A stretch of DNA of 64,000 nt from Antedon mediterranea. Taxonomy: Eukaryota > Animalia > Echinodermata. The position numbers and the translations under genes were made by a program. The stretch spans positions 19,826,795 through 19,890,794 of the forward strand of contig NC_092670.1 of the NCBI RefSeq assembly GCF_964355755.1, written 5' to 3'. The notes beneath the pieces were generated by a model, which was given only the letters and a program-made list of their open reading frames with translations, did not search any database and was not told the origin of the DNA. Numbering within the stretch: position 1 is the stretch's first letter; every line of letters begins with the position of its first letter. This document shows, one piece after another, positions 62,301 through 64,000 of this stretch.

Positions 62301-64000
62301 AGCTCCACCTACAACAATGATAGAAGGTTGCAACTTCTTATTTGCTTTAATTAACAAACATTTGGCCTGCCTATTCATTTCTGTTAAATTCTGTAGTCGC
62401 CAAAAATTGCATGAAAGACTGTTTATTTCTTTAAAAGGCAACAAACTAATATAGACCAATTTAATGACATTTGCTGAATTATGTCTAAATTGTTTTAATA
62501 CAAAATAGAATATGGTTTATTTTTATTTATCAAGGCCGTAGTGAGAGCTTAAAAACAGACAAGGCAAAGATGCTTTAAATAAAATTATTTATATAAAATA
62601 TGACGATCTGTGCTGGGGAATTGGGGTGGGTAATAAATTAAAAATTGTTGACAAGGCGAGCACATCGTCTGACTTATGCTTAGGCCCTGTCTATTTAGTG
62701 AACTAAACATTAAATATGTAAGTTTGTTCCTTAAAACTATCCTTTTTATTCTATTTCAGAGTCGCAAACCACCTCAAAAACCAGTAGAAAGCAAAGATTC
62801 TAGTGGACTGTTTGATGATGAAGATGATAATGATGGAGACTTATTTGCAGATGTTCCTGCCAAGAAAGGTATTCTTAATCCTCTTGTAAATTTAGCATCA
62901 TCATCTTTTGTTTAACATTATCCTTGTCACCTGTCCCACACACCATACTTGCTGACCTATATCATAACACATCCAGAGACATTTTAGAGAAATTCTTTCA
63001 CCTAAAGCCTTGTTTACACTAGGCGAATTTGTTCGCACGAATCGAAAGCGTCATGCTCTGCGCATGCGTATTCGAGTTTCTGTCTGTCATACTCCCTTCT
63101 GCGACGAATTCTAGTTCCTTTATTTTTCGCTGCAGCGACATTTACTAGTTCGAATTGTTTCTACTTTTTGCGAAGCGAAATATTGCGCAACCAATCAGAG
63201 CTCAGGAAATGAGCTATGACGCTTTCATGAGCACTCATGCGAATCGAAATGCTCAGCAACCACGCGAGGAACATGAACGTCGCAGCTATTCGCTCATGTA
63301 GTGGAAAGAGAGTAGGCGATTTTTTTCTCTTTGAAACGTTGGATTTGCGCGAACAAATTCGCCTAGTGGAAAATAGGCTTAAAGCCTTGTTTACACTATC
63401 AATCGTTATGTGACAATAAATGTGATGAGCCCATATATGGATATGATGATGTCATATCACTACCATATTTGGGCATATCACTACCATATCCAACTTGTTT
63501 GTGATCATTATTCTTTTTTAGAACCAGTAAAAGCTACAAAGTCATCAGGTTTGTTCTCTGGAGATGAAGAAGATGAATTATTTAGTGAAAGTTCTAAACC
63601 TGCACCAGAGCCACAGAAGAAAAAGGTAATAAAAACACTACATTGGAACACCTCCTTTATGACACTTTCCATTGCTCAACAAACAAGAGGCAATACATGT
63701 TTTAACACGACAACCGATTCAGGGAACATCCCTATTAAAGGGACAGTTTCATTGAAATGAACAAGAGAAGTATATGTTTCAAATTATGGCCAACCTCAAT
63801 TAAGGGGACATTCCTATTGAGTAGACACATTGTTGAGTCATAAAGATGTCCCCTTAATAGGCGTTCTACTGTATTACTCTAACATTAACTTATCACTTTT
63901 TAAATAAACCTCTATTAATAGTTACCAGCTGGTGCAGTATCAATGTTTGGCAGTGTTGATCCTCTGGCAGGAATGAAAGGTCTTGCTGCAAATACTGAAA
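53335..64000 (+). CDS. WASHC2: WASH complex subunit 2 (FAM21), 5' part; continues past the window
   Basis: Exons: 53335-53430, 56711-56854, 57266-57430, 58077-58133, 58361-58531, 58952-59045, 59356-59429, 59804-59848, 60227-60362, 60632-60760, 60913-61098, 61432-61580, 62760-62868, 63522-63625, 63922->64000. Motifs [67 protein letters not shown], and multiple LF-acidic (LFa) motifs. Confidence 0.95.
53642..53665. repeat. Poly-C tract (24 nt); G-quadruplex-capable on the minus strand
   Basis: Direct homopolymer run in WASHC2 intron 1. Confidence 0.85.
56252..56404. mobile_element. PIF/Harbinger-type MITE, family A
   Basis: GCTCTGTCTACACTAT...ATAGTGTAGACAGAGCT ends and the family core. Confidence 0.8.
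58563..58724. mobile_element. PIF/Harbinger-type MITE, family A
   Basis: TAA|GGCTCTGTCTA...TAGACAGAGCT|TAA; duplicated ATATCACTACCATATTTGGGC. Confidence 0.8.
63006..63379. mobile_element. PIF/Harbinger-type MITE, family C, followed directly by a truncated family A copy (63383 to about 63495)
   Basis: TAA|AGCC...CACTAGGCGAATTTGTTCGC...GCGAACAAATTCGCCTAGTG...GGCT|TAA. A related partial copy lies at about 41579-41710. Confidence 0.8.

Overview
AT-rich, intron-rich animal genomic DNA. It is probably a marine invertebrate; an echinoderm or other deuterostome is only an inference from the repeat content. There are no prokaryotic features, CRISPR arrays, rRNA or intact tRNA genes. By hand-splicing GT-AG exons I assembled six protein-coding genes that strictly alternate strand as three head-to-head pairs: MEIOB (-, 13 coding exons, 510 aa) with an SDS22-like leucine-rich-repeat gene (+, 16 exons, 567 aa); CENPM (-, 5 exons, 186 aa) with ERCC1 (+, 11 exons, about 388 aa); and TSR3 (-, 5 exons, 361 aa) with WASHC2/FAM21 (+, 15 exons seen, running off the right edge). 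The first 10 kb holds the 5' end of an unidentified minus-strand gene, possibly with several alternative first exons. Introns and intergenic DNA contain many non-autonomous elements: PIF/Harbinger-, Kolobok-, P-, Ginger- and Helentron-type elements, a tRNA-derived Deu/Nin SINE, RTE/L2 LINE tails, a Penelope-type hammerhead insert and a 49-bp dimeric satellite. I found no clear new biological system. The best leads are a CENP-M with a nearly intact P-loop, the MEIOB-ERCC1-CENPM neighbourhood, TAGGCCTA clusters at the promoters, a transposon carrying about 20 C/EBP-type palindromes, and the hammerhead. All identifications come from recalled family motifs; no database search was run.
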